Shown: positions 1 to 10,389, counted from the stretch's first letter. The stretch is DNA of 64,000 nucleotides from Candidatus Latescibacterota bacterium (GCA_965204725.1 OZ242005.1:1952001-2016000); one strand, 5' to 3'. Program-made: numbers and translations. Notes: a model not told the origin generated them from the sequence alone.

Positions 1-1
1 A

Positions 2-202
2 TACACCAAAGGCGACGAAGCCCCGCACAACGCGGTCTATCAGTGCGCGTATCGGCGCGAGGGCGGGTACATTCCGATTCCCCAAGCCCCGGGCCTCGGC
101 GTGGAGCTAGACGCGAGCTTGATCGACGAGACGCCCTACAAACCCATCAACAACGCTTCCACGCCGCTACGCACCGATGGCTCGGTGTCTTATGCGGTAT
201 AA
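2..202 (+). CDS. 3' end of mandelate racemase/enolase-superfamily dehydratase (galactonate dehydratase-like), truncated by window start
   Basis: Frame 2 reads YTKGDEAPHNAVYQCAYRREGGYIPIPQAPGLGVELD...LRTDGSVSYAV*; PGLGVELD and RxDGSV are typical DgoD-type C-termini. Confidence 0.65.
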   Translation, partial: YTKGDEAPHNAVYQCAYRREGGYIPIPQAPGLGVELDASLIDETPYKPINNASTPLRTDGSVSYAV

Positions 203-227
203 CCACCATCCCAACACAGGAGGTCTT

Positions 228-875
228 ATGAACGTCCTAATTTTGTCCGGCCCCAATCATCGGTTTGCAGCCAGTGCCTCGGTCATCCACGGCTTTTTGA
301 GCGCGCACGACGATCTGTCCGTCGCGCTTGCCGACGACAAGGACATGTTGGTAGCAGAAAGGCTGCGCGATTTCGACGTGCTGATCTACGGCACTGGGTT
401 CACGCGCACCGAGCGGCAGGAAGACGGCACCGTGCAGCACGTGCCCGAGCTGACGCCCGCGCAAGAAGAAGGGCTGTTCGATTTTGTCGCCGGCGGTAAA
501 GGGTTCGTCGGCATCCACGGGACTGCATGGTGGGTTGGCGGCAGGGCCGTTGACCTGCTCGGCGGTCACGCCAACTGGCATCCCCCGGGCTCGGCCTTCA
601 CCGTCGCCATCACCGACCGCGACCACCCCGTTACGCAGGGGCTGCCCGACTTTGACGTGGAAGACGAGATTTACATGTCGGCGTGGGATCCGGCGATCCG
701 CATTCTGGCGACAACCGCATGGAGCGGCAAGCAGCATCCCCTAGCGTGGGTCAAACCCTACGGCGCCGGGCGCGTGTTTTACACGGCGTTGGGCCACGGC
801 CCGGGCACCTTTGAGAGCCTAGGCATGCAGCAGATGATGGCGCGCGGCGTACGGTGGGTCGGGGGACGCCTATAA
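228..875 (+). CDS. ThuA-domain (class I glutamine amidotransferase-like) protein
   Basis: SD CAGGAGG before ATG 228; motifs GGKGFVGIHG, HPVTQGLPDFDVEDEIY, YGAGRVFYTALGH. Confidence 0.85.
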   Translation: MNVLILSGPNHRFAASASVIHGFLSAHDDLSVALADDKDMLVAERLRDFDVLIYGTGFTRTERQEDGTVQHVPELTPAQEEGLFDFVAGGKGFVGIHGTAWWVGGRAVDLLGGHANWHPPGSAFTVAITDRDHPVTQGLPDFDVEDEIYMSAWDPAIRILATTAWSGKQHPLAWVKPYGAGRVFYTALGHGPGTFESLGMQQMMARGVRWVGGRL

Positions 876-1032
876 AAACCCGCCCCGCGCGTCCGACCAC
901 TGCCCACAGCGGATTTCGTGTCGGTCTGATCGACAAAGCCACCGCAATAGGGGCTATCTGCGTCCAGCACTTGGCGCGTTAGCACACCCTCGACCTGCTG
1001 GTCTAGCTCGCCGACGAGCGGCGCGTACGCAA

Positions 1033-1998
1033 TCACGACCGCTTCGGTTTCAGCGACCGATACGCCGCTTCTGTAAACTTGGCTACTGCCACGGCAAAAT
1101 CTGCCCGCTCATAGCCCTTGCCGCCGTTGCGAATCCAGCGCAAAAAGGCCGCGTCCGGCGTGTCCTCCCGCACTCGTTTCGGCACCTCCAACGGCTCCCC
1201 GTTCAACAACACTTCTCGCACCCGCCACTGGTGTAGATGAAAGACCAAGGTCCCTTCGTCGCCGTGGATGGCCAGCCGCTCGTCGTGCCGGCTCGCGCTG
1301 CCGACAAAGCTCAGCGACCCCAGCGCACCGCCGCGAAACCGCGCATTGACCACGGCATCCATATCCACTCGCTTGCCCCGCTTGTCCATGAAGGCCGCGA
1401 CCTGTACCGGCGTCAAGCCGGTAATCCACAGCACCGCGGCCACCAAGTGACTGCCGGTGTCCATGAACATCCCGCCCCCGGCAAGCTCGGGCACCATCCG
1501 CCAGCCCTTGCCGCCCCAGTTTTGCGTCACGTACGCGACGACCCCCTTGATCTGGCCGAGGACGCCCTTCTGCACCAACTCCCGCGCATACGCATACTCC
1601 GGGTAAAAATTGCGCTGATAGCTGACGACCAACACACGCTCCCGCTCGGCCGCCAGATCGACTAGGGCTTGGGCGTGCCGCGCCTTGGTCGTCAGGGGTT
1701 TTTCGACCAAAACGTGTAGATCGCGCTCTAGCGCGTAGCGCACCTGTGCGTAGTGGGTCGAATGCGGCGAAGAGATCAACACCCCGTCGAGCGCGTCTGC
1801 GCCGATCATCTGCCGGTAGTCGGCGTAGTACGCAGCTTCCGCGCCCCACGCTTTTAGCACTTGCCGAGCCGACGCCTCCGCCGGGTCGGCGACCGCCACC
1901 AACTCGACGCGCCCATCGGCTTGCAGCCGGGGAATGTGGGCACCGCGCATGTTGCCGCCACAGCCGATTAGGCCGACGCAAATTTTCTTTTTTGCCAT
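1033..1998 (-). CDS. Gfo/Idh/MocA family oxidoreductase
   Basis: GLIGCGG Rossmann motif, HVLVEKPL, GGGMFMDTGSH. Confidence 0.92.
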   Translation of the reverse strand: MAKKKICVGLIGCGGNMRGAHIPRLQADGRVELVAVADPAEASARQVLKAWGAEAAYYADYRQMIGADALDGVLISSPHSTHYAQVRYALERDLHVLVEKPLTTKARHAQALVDLAAERERVLVVSYQRNFYPEYAYARELVQKGVLGQIKGVVAYVTQNWGGKGWRMVPELAGGGMFMDTGSHLVAAVLWITGLTPVQVAAFMDKRGKRVDMDAVVNARFRGGALGSLSFVGSASRHDERLAIHGDEGTLVFHLHQWRVREVLLNGEPLEVPKRVREDTPDAAFLRWIRNGGKGYERADFAVAVAKFTEAAYRSLKPKRS

Positions 1999-2076
1999 TG
2001 CGTTCCTCTCCGTTCACTAGGTTAATTGCATCTCAGGTCAAACAGCGGCGCGAATTGGATTAAACAGGGGTGACCA

Positions 2077-3357
2077 TCACGCCAAGTCCTCCAGCCAAGC
2101 CAGCACCTTCTCCTTTTGCTGCTCCTCAAATTCTGGAGCCAGATACTGATCGATAACTCGTCGCGTCACCAGATCACCAAGACGACCGCGCTCCAAGAAC
2201 TCATCGTATCGGGGCAGTTCGTCGAGCCGAACGAGGCCGGCACTCTTATTCTCGTCGTCCCAAGTGCATACGACCACTCCGTCTAGCTGTTCTCGCGTGA
2301 GGAAGTTCATAGTAGCTGGATTGTGGGTGGTTACTAAAACGTTCAACTGGCGATTCTGTGCAACTTCGGCAATCGCCGCAGTGAGGACCTCAACTCGACT
2401 GGGATGCAGCCCATTATCAAACTCCTCAATAACGATGCGAGAGCCTTCGGCGACCGTCTCAAATGCGGTGAGAATCGCCAGTGTTCGCAGAGTTCCATCG
2501 GACAGAACGCGCGCATCAACCTTGTATCCCGAACGCTCCTGAAAGCCAAAAATCACGTCTCCCAAATCCGTCAGCGTGAAGTCGAAATTCTGGTATGGCT
2601 CGTCAGGCAACAGACGAATTTTCTCGAGGAGTCGCTGTAAAATCGCCCGCTGATCGTCATCTCCCGTGCTGAGTCCATACAAAACGGCCGACAGATTGGA
2701 TCCATTCCTCTTCAGAATGGTGTCGCCAACGCGCTCGTAGTTGTGCATTAGCTTGGGATCGGGATCAAAGACAAAAGACGCTTGTAGGTACGACATGATG
2801 CCTACAAACCCAAGGCTCTCTGTGTATTTTCTATTCTTCGAGGCGACAAATTCTCGATATTGCGATAGCACGGATCGATCCGAGGCCACCTGTACTCGTG
2901 GTTTCCTGCCGCCTCGTGCGAAATTGTCGTATTGGACCGTGAGGTCTCGGGATGTAGAACCTAGCAGGTTGGGTTGGGTCTCATATAGCGTTCGGTTTCC
3001 AACTTTGAGTTTCTCACCGATAATCTGTGGATGCGGTCGGGTACAGATTTCAACTTCGTACAGAAGAGATAATCGCTGGCCTTCTGGTCCTATATATACT
3101 GAAAAACCTAGCTGGAACCGATCTTTCCCCTCCCGCCCACAAGCCTGCAATCCGCCCCGTACTTCGAGACCACCACTTCCCCTCCCAAGGTCGCTGATCT
3201 CGTAGAGCGGCTGACCACGGGCGACGAAAGACAGCAGTTCAATAGCCTCAATGACATTGCTCTTTCCCGATCCATTGGGGCCGATTAACAGACTGAACCG
3301 CCTGAGCAGGTCAATCTGGGCATTGGCGAATCCCTTGTAGTCCCCTAGATGGTGCAT
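2077..3357 (-). CDS. AAA/ABC-type ATPase (AAA_21/AbiEii-like)
   Basis: Walker A GPNGSGKS near the N-terminus, signature LSDGTLR, Walker B IVIEEFDNGLHP, H-loop VTTHNP; lower GC than flanks. Confidence 0.85.
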   Translation of the reverse strand: MHHLGDYKGFANAQIDLLRRFSLLIGPNGSGKSNVIEAIELLSFVARGQPLYEISDLGRGSGGLEVRGGLQACGREGKDRFQLGFSVYIGPEGQRLSLLYEVEICTRPHPQIIGEKLKVGNRTLYETQPNLLGSTSRDLTVQYDNFARGGRKPRVQVASDRSVLSQYREFVASKNRKYTESLGFVGIMSYLQASFVFDPDPKLMHNYERVGDTILKRNGSNLSAVLYGLSTGDDDQRAILQRLLEKIRLLPDEPYQNFDFTLTDLGDVIFGFQERSGYKVDARVLSDGTLRTLAILTAFETVAEGSRIVIEEFDNGLHPSRVEVLTAAIAEVAQNRQLNVLVTTHNPATMNFLTREQLDGVVVCTWDDENKSAGLVRLDELPRYDEFLERGRLGDLVTRRVIDQYLAPEFEEQQKEKVLAWLEDLA

Positions 3358-4235
3358 GTAGTCGCTCTCTTGAAAAGTGCGTCCCCCAAGCGTTCTATGG
3401 ATAGATCGATAAACTCCGGTTCGAGTTCGGTCCCCACGAACCTTCGTCCAAGATTCACGGCGGCTACGCCCGTGGTTGAACTGCCGGAAAAAGGATCGAG
3501 GATCAAGTCGCCGGCGTTTGTCGATGCCATGACGATCCGCTCTATGAGCGCGATAGGCTTTTGCGTAGGGTGTTTGCCAAACTTCTTTTCTGCGCCATTA
3601 GGCGGCCTAAACGACCATACCGATTTCATCTGTTTGCCGCGGTTTAATTCCCGCATCTTGGCGTAGTTAAAACAATGCTTTGACTTTTCATTTTTAGCCG
3701 CCCAGATAATGGTTTCCGTTGCGTGCGTAAAATAGCGGCAAGACAGATTAGGCGGGGGATTGGGCTTTTCCCATGTAATATCGTTGAGAATCTTCATTCC
3801 CATCTGCTGCATCGCATACCCCACAGAGTGAATGACATGTTGGGTTCCAGACACCCAGATCGTCCCGTCGGGTTTCAATGCGCTTTGACACCTCGATAGC
3901 CAAGCACTATTGAACTCGTGATTTATTGCTGGGCCTTTCGATTGGTCCCACTTCCCCTTATCGACCTGCACCATTTTTCCTGCGTGGCAGGTAATCCCTC
4001 CATTTGAAAGAAAATAGGGCGGGTCGGCAAATATCATATCGAATTTGCCCTCTGGGTATTTGCCGATAATCGCATCCAAAAACTCGAGACAATTAGCCCG
4101 ATATAGCCAAATGCCAAATTCATTATCGCAGAATACGCATTGGTTCGGTGAGTATGCAGAACGCTCCATGACCAGCAAAGGCATAGGCGGGCTTTCTCGC
4201 GCTTGCTCATAACTAGGCCCTTGCTCGTGTTTCAT
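3345..4235 (-). CDS. site-specific DNA methyltransferase, beta class (DpnA/M2.DpnII-like N6-adenine)
   Basis: DMIFADPPYFLSNGGITCHAGKMVQVDKGKWD, HPTQKP, LDPFSGSSTTG; catalytic motif precedes the SAM-binding motif. Confidence 0.9.
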   Translation of the reverse strand: MKHEQGPSYEQARESPPMPLLVMERSAYSPNQCVFCDNEFGIWLYRANCLEFLDAIIGKYPEGKFDMIFADPPYFLSNGGITCHAGKMVQVDKGKWDQSKGPAINHEFNSAWLSRCQSALKPDGTIWVSGTQHVIHSVGYAMQQMGMKILNDITWEKPNPPPNLSCRYFTHATETIIWAAKNEKSKHCFNYAKMRELNRGKQMKSVWSFRPPNGAEKKFGKHPTQKPIALIERIVMASTNAGDLILDPFSGSSTTGVAAVNLGRRFVGTELEPEFIDLSIERLGDALFKRATTCTI

Positions 4236-4299
4236 CGTCGTATCTGAGTTTGGTTTGAATAAGACCAGCGAGGGTGCCCCGAAGCAGCAGCACCCGTCC

Positions 4300-5088
4300 T
4301 CAGTCCACTAGACTAAACAACGGCGCGACCCCGCCAAACATCCCCGGAAAGCGGAACACGGCCTCGTCTTGGTCGCGGATGCGGGCGAGAAGGGCCTCGT
4401 CGAGCAAGGCGCGCTGGCGGTCGAAAAGGGCTTGCTCGGCGGCAACCGCGTACGAACCCTCGCGCCGCGCTCGCGCTTGTGCGGCGGGGATTGCAGGGTC
4501 GCCGGCCAGCTTTTTCGCCATGGCCGCCAAGAAGCGCTCCAGCAGCGGCCGATGCCCGCCAGCGGACGCTTGGGCCGCGGCCGCGTCAAACGCCGCGTGG
4601 CACTTGACTACGCGCTCGCGCCAGTCGTCGGGCACCTCACCATCGAGGGTGAAGGGCGCGGCGTGGCCCAACAGCGGCGTGCGGTCTTCGGTCTGGAAGG
4701 CCACGAGCACGGGATGGTTTTGCACAGGCCGGGCGCGGAACCGGGCGACGCTCCCCGGCTCAATATCGGCGATCGCGCCCGCGGCGAGCGGTTGGGTCTT
4801 TAGCCCGTTTGTGGAGAGCACGTCCAAATACGCCTCGGCGCAGAAGTGGGCGGTGATATGCTCGCGGGGCCGCCCTCGTATCCCGCAACGCCCAAAAGGC
4901 AGTGAATACGCCCAATGGCCATCGGTCGCGCCCGCGTCCTCCCCGCGCAGTTGGCGCAAGGCGCGGCAAAGGCGCTCGGCTTCGCCGACCGCATCCGTAG
5001 GCCACGGCACGACAGCACCCTCCGCATCCACCTCCACCCGATAAGGCACCCCGTACCCAAACAGCCGCGCTCGCAACGGATCGCCCAT
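4300..5088 (-). CDS. hypothetical protein
   Basis: ATG overlaps the upstream stop (TAATG at 5086-5090); host-like codon usage; no recognised motif. Confidence 0.6.
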   Translation of the reverse strand: MGDPLRARLFGYGVPYRVEVDAEGAVVPWPTDAVGEAERLCRALRQLRGEDAGATDGHWAYSLPFGRCGIRGRPREHITAHFCAEAYLDVLSTNGLKTQPLAAGAIADIEPGSVARFRARPVQNHPVLVAFQTEDRTPLLGHAAPFTLDGEVPDDWRERVVKCHAAFDAAAAQASAGGHRPLLERFLAAMAKKLAGDPAIPAAQARARREGSYAVAAEQALFDRQRALLDEALLARIRDQDEAVFRFPGMFGGVAPLFSLVD

Positions 5089-6362
5089 TACAGCAACTCC
5101 TCGGCGCACTCGGCCACCTTGCGGAAGGCCGCGGCGTATTGCTCGATGATTTTGGCGTCGTAGTGCTTAAACCACGGAATCGAATAGATGCGGCCGGTCA
5201 TGCGCTCGGTCACCGGCAGACTGCCCAGCCCCTGCCGCAGGTCGCGGTTGGCGTGGGCGATGCGAGTGGGTTGACCGTGGCCGTATATGTCGGCCTCGTT
5301 GAGCACCGGATGCAGGTGCATCAGCTCATTGGCCCCCGGCACGATTTTGTACGCCCCGGTCTCAGCGGTGACCGCGGCGCAAAAGCGCTCGACCGGCAGG
5401 CCGCCCAACTCCTCGGGCGCGTACAGCCCCTTGGCCGCGTACCAGCCGCCCATCGTAGAGCCGCTGTCGGCCGGGGGGCGATGCGCCTCGATCCCCGGGA
5501 CGCCTTCGAGCAAGTCCCAGAAGTAATTCATCGCCCGCTGAATTTCCTGCATCCGCTCGTCGTAGTGGCGCAGTTGGGTGCGGCCCACCGCCGAAGACAA
5601 CTGGTGCATCCGGTATTTGTACCCGCCCAGCGGCATCCCAGCAAAAGGCGTCAGCGCGGGGTCTGAGAGGGAGCGGGTGCGCTGATAGTGCCCAAAGGCC
5701 GCGACGCGCTCGTACAGGGCTTGGTCGTCGGTGACCACAAAGCCCCCTTCGCCGCAAGCCAGCGACTTGCCCGACATAATCGACATCGCGCCGATGTGGC
5801 CGATGGTGCCCAGCAGCCGCCCCTTGTAGCGGCCGCCTTGGGCGTGGGAGACGTCTTCGATGACCTTCAACCCGTGCCGCTCGGCAATTGCCATGATTGG
5901 ATCCATATCGGTTGGATAGGCGCAGTAATGCACGGGTACGATCGCCTTGGTGCGCTCGGTAATGCGGTGCTCAATGTCGTTGGGATCCATGGTCAAGGTG
6001 TGGGGGTCGATCTCGGAAAACACGACCGTTCCGCCGAGCGAGAACACTTGGAGCGACGTGCCCCAAAAGGTCATGCTCTGCGCGATCACCTCGTCGCCGA
6101 CGCCGACGCCGCAGGCCCACAGCGCGGCGTGGATCGCGGCCGTGCCCGTGTTGTGGCAGAGGGCGTGCTGCAAGCCGAAGTAGGACTTCAGGTCCTCTTC
6201 AAAAGCGAGGGTTACGTCCAAGCCCGACATCGCCCCGCGCCGCAGCACCGCCAGCACGGCCGCTTCGTCCGCGGCCGTGATAATCGGCCAGCTAAAAATA
6301 TCGCCCTCAGCGGCGGTGACGGCCTTGGGACCGCCCAAGAAGGCCAACCGGCTCATCGCCAT
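5088..6362 (-). CDS. DegT/DnrJ/EryC1/StrS family PLP-dependent aminotransferase
   Basis: NTGTAAIHAAL, GVGDEVI, IEDVSHAQG, SIMSGKSLACGEGG (PLP Lys); SD AAGGA before ATG 6362. Confidence 0.9.
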   Translation of the reverse strand: MAMSRLAFLGGPKAVTAAEGDIFSWPIITAADEAAVLAVLRRGAMSGLDVTLAFEEDLKSYFGLQHALCHNTGTAAIHAALWACGVGVGDEVIAQSMTFWGTSLQVFSLGGTVVFSEIDPHTLTMDPNDIEHRITERTKAIVPVHYCAYPTDMDPIMAIAERHGLKVIEDVSHAQGGRYKGRLLGTIGHIGAMSIMSGKSLACGEGGFVVTDDQALYERVAAFGHYQRTRSLSDPALTPFAGMPLGGYKYRMHQLSSAVGRTQLRHYDERMQEIQRAMNYFWDLLEGVPGIEAHRPPADSGSTMGGWYAAKGLYAPEELGGLPVERFCAAVTAETGAYKIVPGANELMHLHPVLNEADIYGHGQPTRIAHANRDLRQGLGSLPVTERMTGRIYSIPWFKHYDAKIIEQYAAAFRKVAECAEELL

Positions 6363-6375
6363 TGTTCCTTCCGTG

Positions 6376-7368
6376 CTAAGAACCCGCGATTTCTCGCAGC
6401 CGCGCTTGCGTCGGCATGTAGCTGTGCTCCCACACCTGCTGCACCACCCCGTCTGCGATATAGGCCAAGCGCGGATAGCCGTGGCCAAAGGTCAGGCGAA
6501 AGAAGTCGGTCTGCGATATGGTGGCAATGTCAAAGCGCGGTTGCAGCCGCTCCTTGAAATCGGCCAGATCCGGCGAGTCCGGGGCGTGATTGGTCAGGGC
6601 GATGAGCCGCGGCAGTTGGGGGTCTTGGGCGAGGGCGTTCATCTTGGGCACTGCGTCTTGGCAGTACCTGCACTTGGGACTGAACAATTCGAGCAGGTAT
6701 TCGCCCTGCATTAAATCGGCATCTACGCCCTTGAGCGTCAGGCCCGAGAGCCGCACCCCGCTTTTGAGGTCGGACTGCTCGGTGCGCTCTAGCTCGGGAA
6801 AAAACCGCACACTGCCGATCACCAGCCCGGCCAAGAACACGCCGCACACCATTCGAGTCGCCACCGGCCAGACCGGGGCACCGCCCGCCCCCCACCAGTT
6901 GGGCCGACCAGCCGCGGGCGCGTCGTTTGCACTGCGACGCATCCCCCACCACGCAAAGAGCAGCACCGCGAGCATGATGCTGTCTTCTACGGCCGCTTCC
7001 CCGGGGCTGCGCTCAATCAGGGTGCCAAAACAGCCGCAGTCTATCGAAGCACCCATCTGCCAAGCCTTGGCCATCAGCGCGGTAAAGTACGCGGTCAACA
7101 AGGCGGCGGCCGGCAGGGTGATTTTAGGCCGCCAATTGCACACCAGCGCGAGGCCGAGGGCCAACTCAATCGGGCCTAAGAGCGCAGTCGCCTTGGCCGC
7201 GGCTGTCGTCAGCTCCCAGTTGTCCTGCGGCAACCCGAGAATGTGCATGTAGGGGATGGATTCCCAGTAAAAGAGCACCGGCTCCCATACCTTCATTGCC
7301 CCGGCGATTAGGTAAACGATCCCAATGATAATTTGGCCGACGCGCGCGGCCTTGCTCATCGCGTCCAT
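6376..7368 (-). CDS. MauE/DoxX-type membrane protein with C-terminal thioredoxin-like domain
   Basis: TM helices with DCGCFG motif; C-terminal FSPKCRYC (CxxC) and YP motif. Confidence 0.75.
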   Translation of the reverse strand: MDAMSKAARVGQIIIGIVYLIAGAMKVWEPVLFYWESIPYMHILGLPQDNWELTTAAAKATALLGPIELALGLALVCNWRPKITLPAAALLTAYFTALMAKAWQMGASIDCGCFGTLIERSPGEAAVEDSIMLAVLLFAWWGMRRSANDAPAAGRPNWWGAGGAPVWPVATRMVCGVFLAGLVIGSVRFFPELERTEQSDLKSGVRLSGLTLKGVDADLMQGEYLLELFSPKCRYCQDAVPKMNALAQDPQLPRLIALTNHAPDSPDLADFKERLQPRFDIATISQTDFFRLTFGHGYPRLAYIADGVVQQVWEHSYMPTQARLREIAGS

Positions 7369-7380
7369 GGAAATGACTCC

Positions 7381-10300
7381 TCAACTAATCAATTCGGCGA
7401 ATACGGCTGAGAATACGCTCCGCGTCTGCCGCATGTACTCCTCCACCTCGGCTTGGAAGGTCGCTACGTCTTCGGCGCTGAGGGCGCGGCTCAAGATTTC
7501 CAGCTCCCGGCCGGTCGGCAGGGCGTCGTCGGCTTTGTCGCTGGCGATCCGCATGCCCTTTTCTACGGCCCGCAGATACTCGTACGCGTCGAGGAGCAAG
7601 CGGCCCCGCTCCGGGTCTAAACAGCCCTGCTCAACGAGCAATTGCAGCGCGTGTCGGGTGCTGCCCACGCGCAACCGGCGATCGCGATAGCCCCACTTGA
7701 GCACGAGGATCTGCGCCACAAACTCGATATCGACGATGCCACCCGGCCCGCGCTTGATGTCGATGCGCACTCGACGCCGGCTCTGCGGCTCCATCCGCTG
7801 CCGCATCTCCCGCATCTGCACCGCCAAGTCTGCGTCCGCCTCTTTGCTATATACGAAGCGCTCAATCGCCCGCAGGACCCGGGTGCCGAACTCGGCATCG
7901 CCGGCCACTTGGCGCGCACGACTCAGCGCCATCCGCTCCCAAGTGGCCCCCCGCTGGGCCAAGTAGCGGCGGTAGCCAACCAGCGAGATGGCCATGGGAG
8001 CGCTGGCCCCTTCGGGCCGCAGCCGCGCATCCACCGAGTACAGCCCCTCCTCGGCTAACAGGGTAATCAGACGCTGGCTGAACTCGATAAAAAACACGCT
8101 ATTCGCTACGCCGCGGCGCGTCTTACCATCGCTTTCGTACACGAAAAACAAATCCAAGTCCGAGCCGAAATCCACCTCGCGGCCCCCAAACTTGCCAGCG
8201 GCCAATACGGCGAACTGCACGTCGCGGCCTTGGCGGTTGCGCGGCTTGCCCCACCGCCGCACCAACGGACGCCAAGCCAGCGCATAGACCGCTTGCAACA
8301 CCTCGTCACCCAACTCGGTCAGCCGCAGGAAGGTCTCTTCCTCGGTCGCCAGCCCCATTAGGTCGTCGGCCCCAATTTGCAGGAGGGATTGCTTCTGCAT
8401 CCGCGCAATGGCGTCTAAATCGCCGCGCACCGGCTCAGGGTCCGAGCTCTGGCCGGCTTGGTCAACTAGGCTGTCGAGCAGGGCCGGATCGCGGCGCAAC
8501 AGGTCGGAGAGAAAGCGGCTAGAGCCACAGATGGCAATGATCAAGCTGCGGAAGCCGGTGTGTTCTTGAAACAAGGTGTACAAAGCACCCGGCGCGCCAT
8601 AGGCTTCCACGAGCTGAGTAAAGCGCAAAAGCCCTTGGTCTGGGTCCGGGGCCGCGGCCAGCGAATTTAGCAGTTCCGGCAACAGGGCCTCGAAGTGGGA
8701 GCGGCCCCCGCTCAACAACAGGCCCATGCCCGCCAGCCGCTGCAAGCGGCGGTGCGCGGCCTCCCCATCGACAAAGCCTCGCTCCGCCAAGTCGGCGCAC
8801 GCGGCCTCGCTGCCGCTTTCGATTTCCAACAGCCACGTCGGCGGCGGCGGGGCCGGCGCGTCGCTGTAAAACAGCGCGGCAAACAGCCGGCGCACCCGCA
8901 GCCGATGCCCGGCTAGCGCATTGGCAAAGGAGCGCGCATCGCCATAGCCCATGACTAAGGCCAAGGCCCGTGCATCCTCCGGGATGGCGTAGTCGGGCCG
9001 ACCCGAGGCGATTTGCAGCAAGTTTTCAACGCGGCGAAAAAACTGGTACGCGCCCTTTAGGGCACTGGCCTCGGCCGCAGTCAACGCCGACATGGTGGCG
9101 AGGCGATCGATGGCCGCCAGCGTATTGTGGAAGCGCACTTGGGGATGGCTGCCCCCGTAGAGCAGTTGGAGGCACTGGACGATGAATTCGATGTCGCGGA
9201 TCCCGCCGGCTTGCAGCTTGATGTTGTTTTCGCCGCGCGGGCGCTCGCGGATGCTCGCTTCAATCCGCTCCTTGATGCGGCGGATTTCCTCGTGCGGCGA
9301 CGAGTGGAAGTGGGCCGGATAGATAAAGGGCCGGAGCATGGCCGCGTATTGCTCGCCCAGCGTCTGCGATCCCGCCACCCGCCGGGCCTTGATGAGCATC
9401 TGCCGCTCCCACAGTTCCCCGCGCGTCTCGTAATACGTCCAACTGGAGCGCAGCGAGTGCGTCAAGGTGCCGCTGGCGCCCTCGGGGCGGAGCCGCATAT
9501 CAACTCGGTAGAAAAACCCCTCCTTGGTTCCCTCGCTCAGCACTTGGACTACGCGCTGACCCAAGCGGTGAAAAAACTCGCTGTTTTCCAGTTGCGTCCC
9601 CCCCCGCTCGGGCTGGGTTTCGCCTTCGCCATCCCACACGAAAATTAGGTCGATGTCCGAGCTGTAGTTTAGCTCCTGTCCTCCGTATTTGCCCAAGCCG
9701 ACGACGAGAAAGCGCGCCGGGCGACCGCGCTCATCGAGCGGCGGGCCGTGCTCCTGCCACAAGTCGTGCTGGCACGTTTCGAGGACCAACTCGACCACCA
9801 CATCGGCTAAGTCGGCCAGCTCTCGCCCTATTTGCGCCACCGGCTTGGTGCCGAGGATTTCGGCGGCCCCAATGCGCAAAAATTCGCGCCGATGCACCCG
9901 CCGCAACTCCTCTAAGCGCTCCTCAAACTCGGAGAAACGGTCGATATCGGCGTGTAAAATCTGCCGCAGGACGCGCGGGTCCAGCGGCTCGACTAAGTGC
10001 GGGGTCTCGGCCAACAGCCACAGCAGCAGTTTGGAATCGCGCACCAAGATGTCGGCGAGGAACGTGCTGTGGCTCACGATCTGCACCAAGCGCTGGCACA
10101 GGATGGGGTCGGCCTCCAAGTGGGAGAAAAGCGCTCGCGGACTGCCATACGCCATGGCCAAGCGCACCAACTGCCGCAGCCCCTCGTCGGGCCGACCCGT
10201 CGCGGCCAGCTCGACCAACGCGAGGGCTGGCAGCGGGGCAAATTGCGGCGGGCCGCCGGTCCGGTCCAAGGTTTTTAGGGCTTGGACCGAATCGGCAAAA

Positions 10301-10386
10301 CCCAATTGCTCTAGTGCATTCTGGGCTTCAGCCGCGTCGGCCGTGAGGGCGCGACCGGCCAGTTCCAACGCAGTAGGCGCTGCCAA
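7381..10386 (-). CDS. glnE: bifunctional glutamine synthetase adenylyltransferase/deadenylylase
   Basis: Two nucleotidyltransferase domains: GKYGGQELNYSSDIDLIF...RVDMRLRPEG and GKFGGREVDFGSDLDLFF...VDARLRPEG. Confidence 0.95.
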   Translation of the reverse strand: MAAPTALELAGRALTADAAEAQNALEQLGFADSVQALKTLDRTGGPPQFAPLPALALVELAATGRPDEGLRQLVRLAMAYGSPRALFSHLEADPILCQRLVQIVSHSTFLADILVRDSKLLLWLLAETPHLVEPLDPRVLRQILHADIDRFSEFEERLEELRRVHRREFLRIGAAEILGTKPVAQIGRELADLADVVVELVLETCQHDLWQEHGPPLDERGRPARFLVVGLGKYGGQELNYSSDIDLIFVWDGEGETQPERGGTQLENSEFFHRLGQRVVQVLSEGTKEGFFYRVDMRLRPEGASGTLTHSLRSSWTYYETRGELWERQMLIKARRVAGSQTLGEQYAAMLRPFIYPAHFHSSPHEEIRRIKERIEASIRERPRGENNIKLQAGGIRDIEFIVQCLQLLYGGSHPQVRFHNTLAAIDRLATMSALTAAEASALKGAYQFFRRVENLLQIASGRPDYAIPEDARALALVMGYGDARSFANALAGHRLRVRRLFAALFYSDAPAPPPPTWLLEIESGSEAACADLAERGFVDGEAAHRRLQRLAGMGLLLSGGRSHFEALLPELLNSLAAAPDPDQGLLRFTQLVEAYGAPGALYTLFQEHTGFRSLIIAICGSSRFLSDLLRRDPALLDSLVDQAGQSSDPEPVRGDLDAIARMQKQSLLQIGADDLMGLATEEETFLRLTELGDEVLQAVYALAWRPLVRRWGKPRNRQGRDVQFAVLAAGKFGGREVDFGSDLDLFFVYESDGKTRRGVANSVFFIEFSQRLITLLAEEGLYSVDARLRPEGASAPMAISLVGYRRYLAQRGATWERMALSRARQVAGDAEFGTRVLRAIERFVYSKEADADLAVQMREMRQRMEPQSRRRVRIDIKRGPGGIVDIEFVAQILVLKWGYRDRRLRVGSTRHALQLLVEQGCLDPERGRLLLDAYEYLRAVEKGMRIASDKADDALPTGRELEILSRALSAEDVATFQAEVEEYMRQTRSVFSAVFAELIS

Positions 10387-10389
10387 GGC

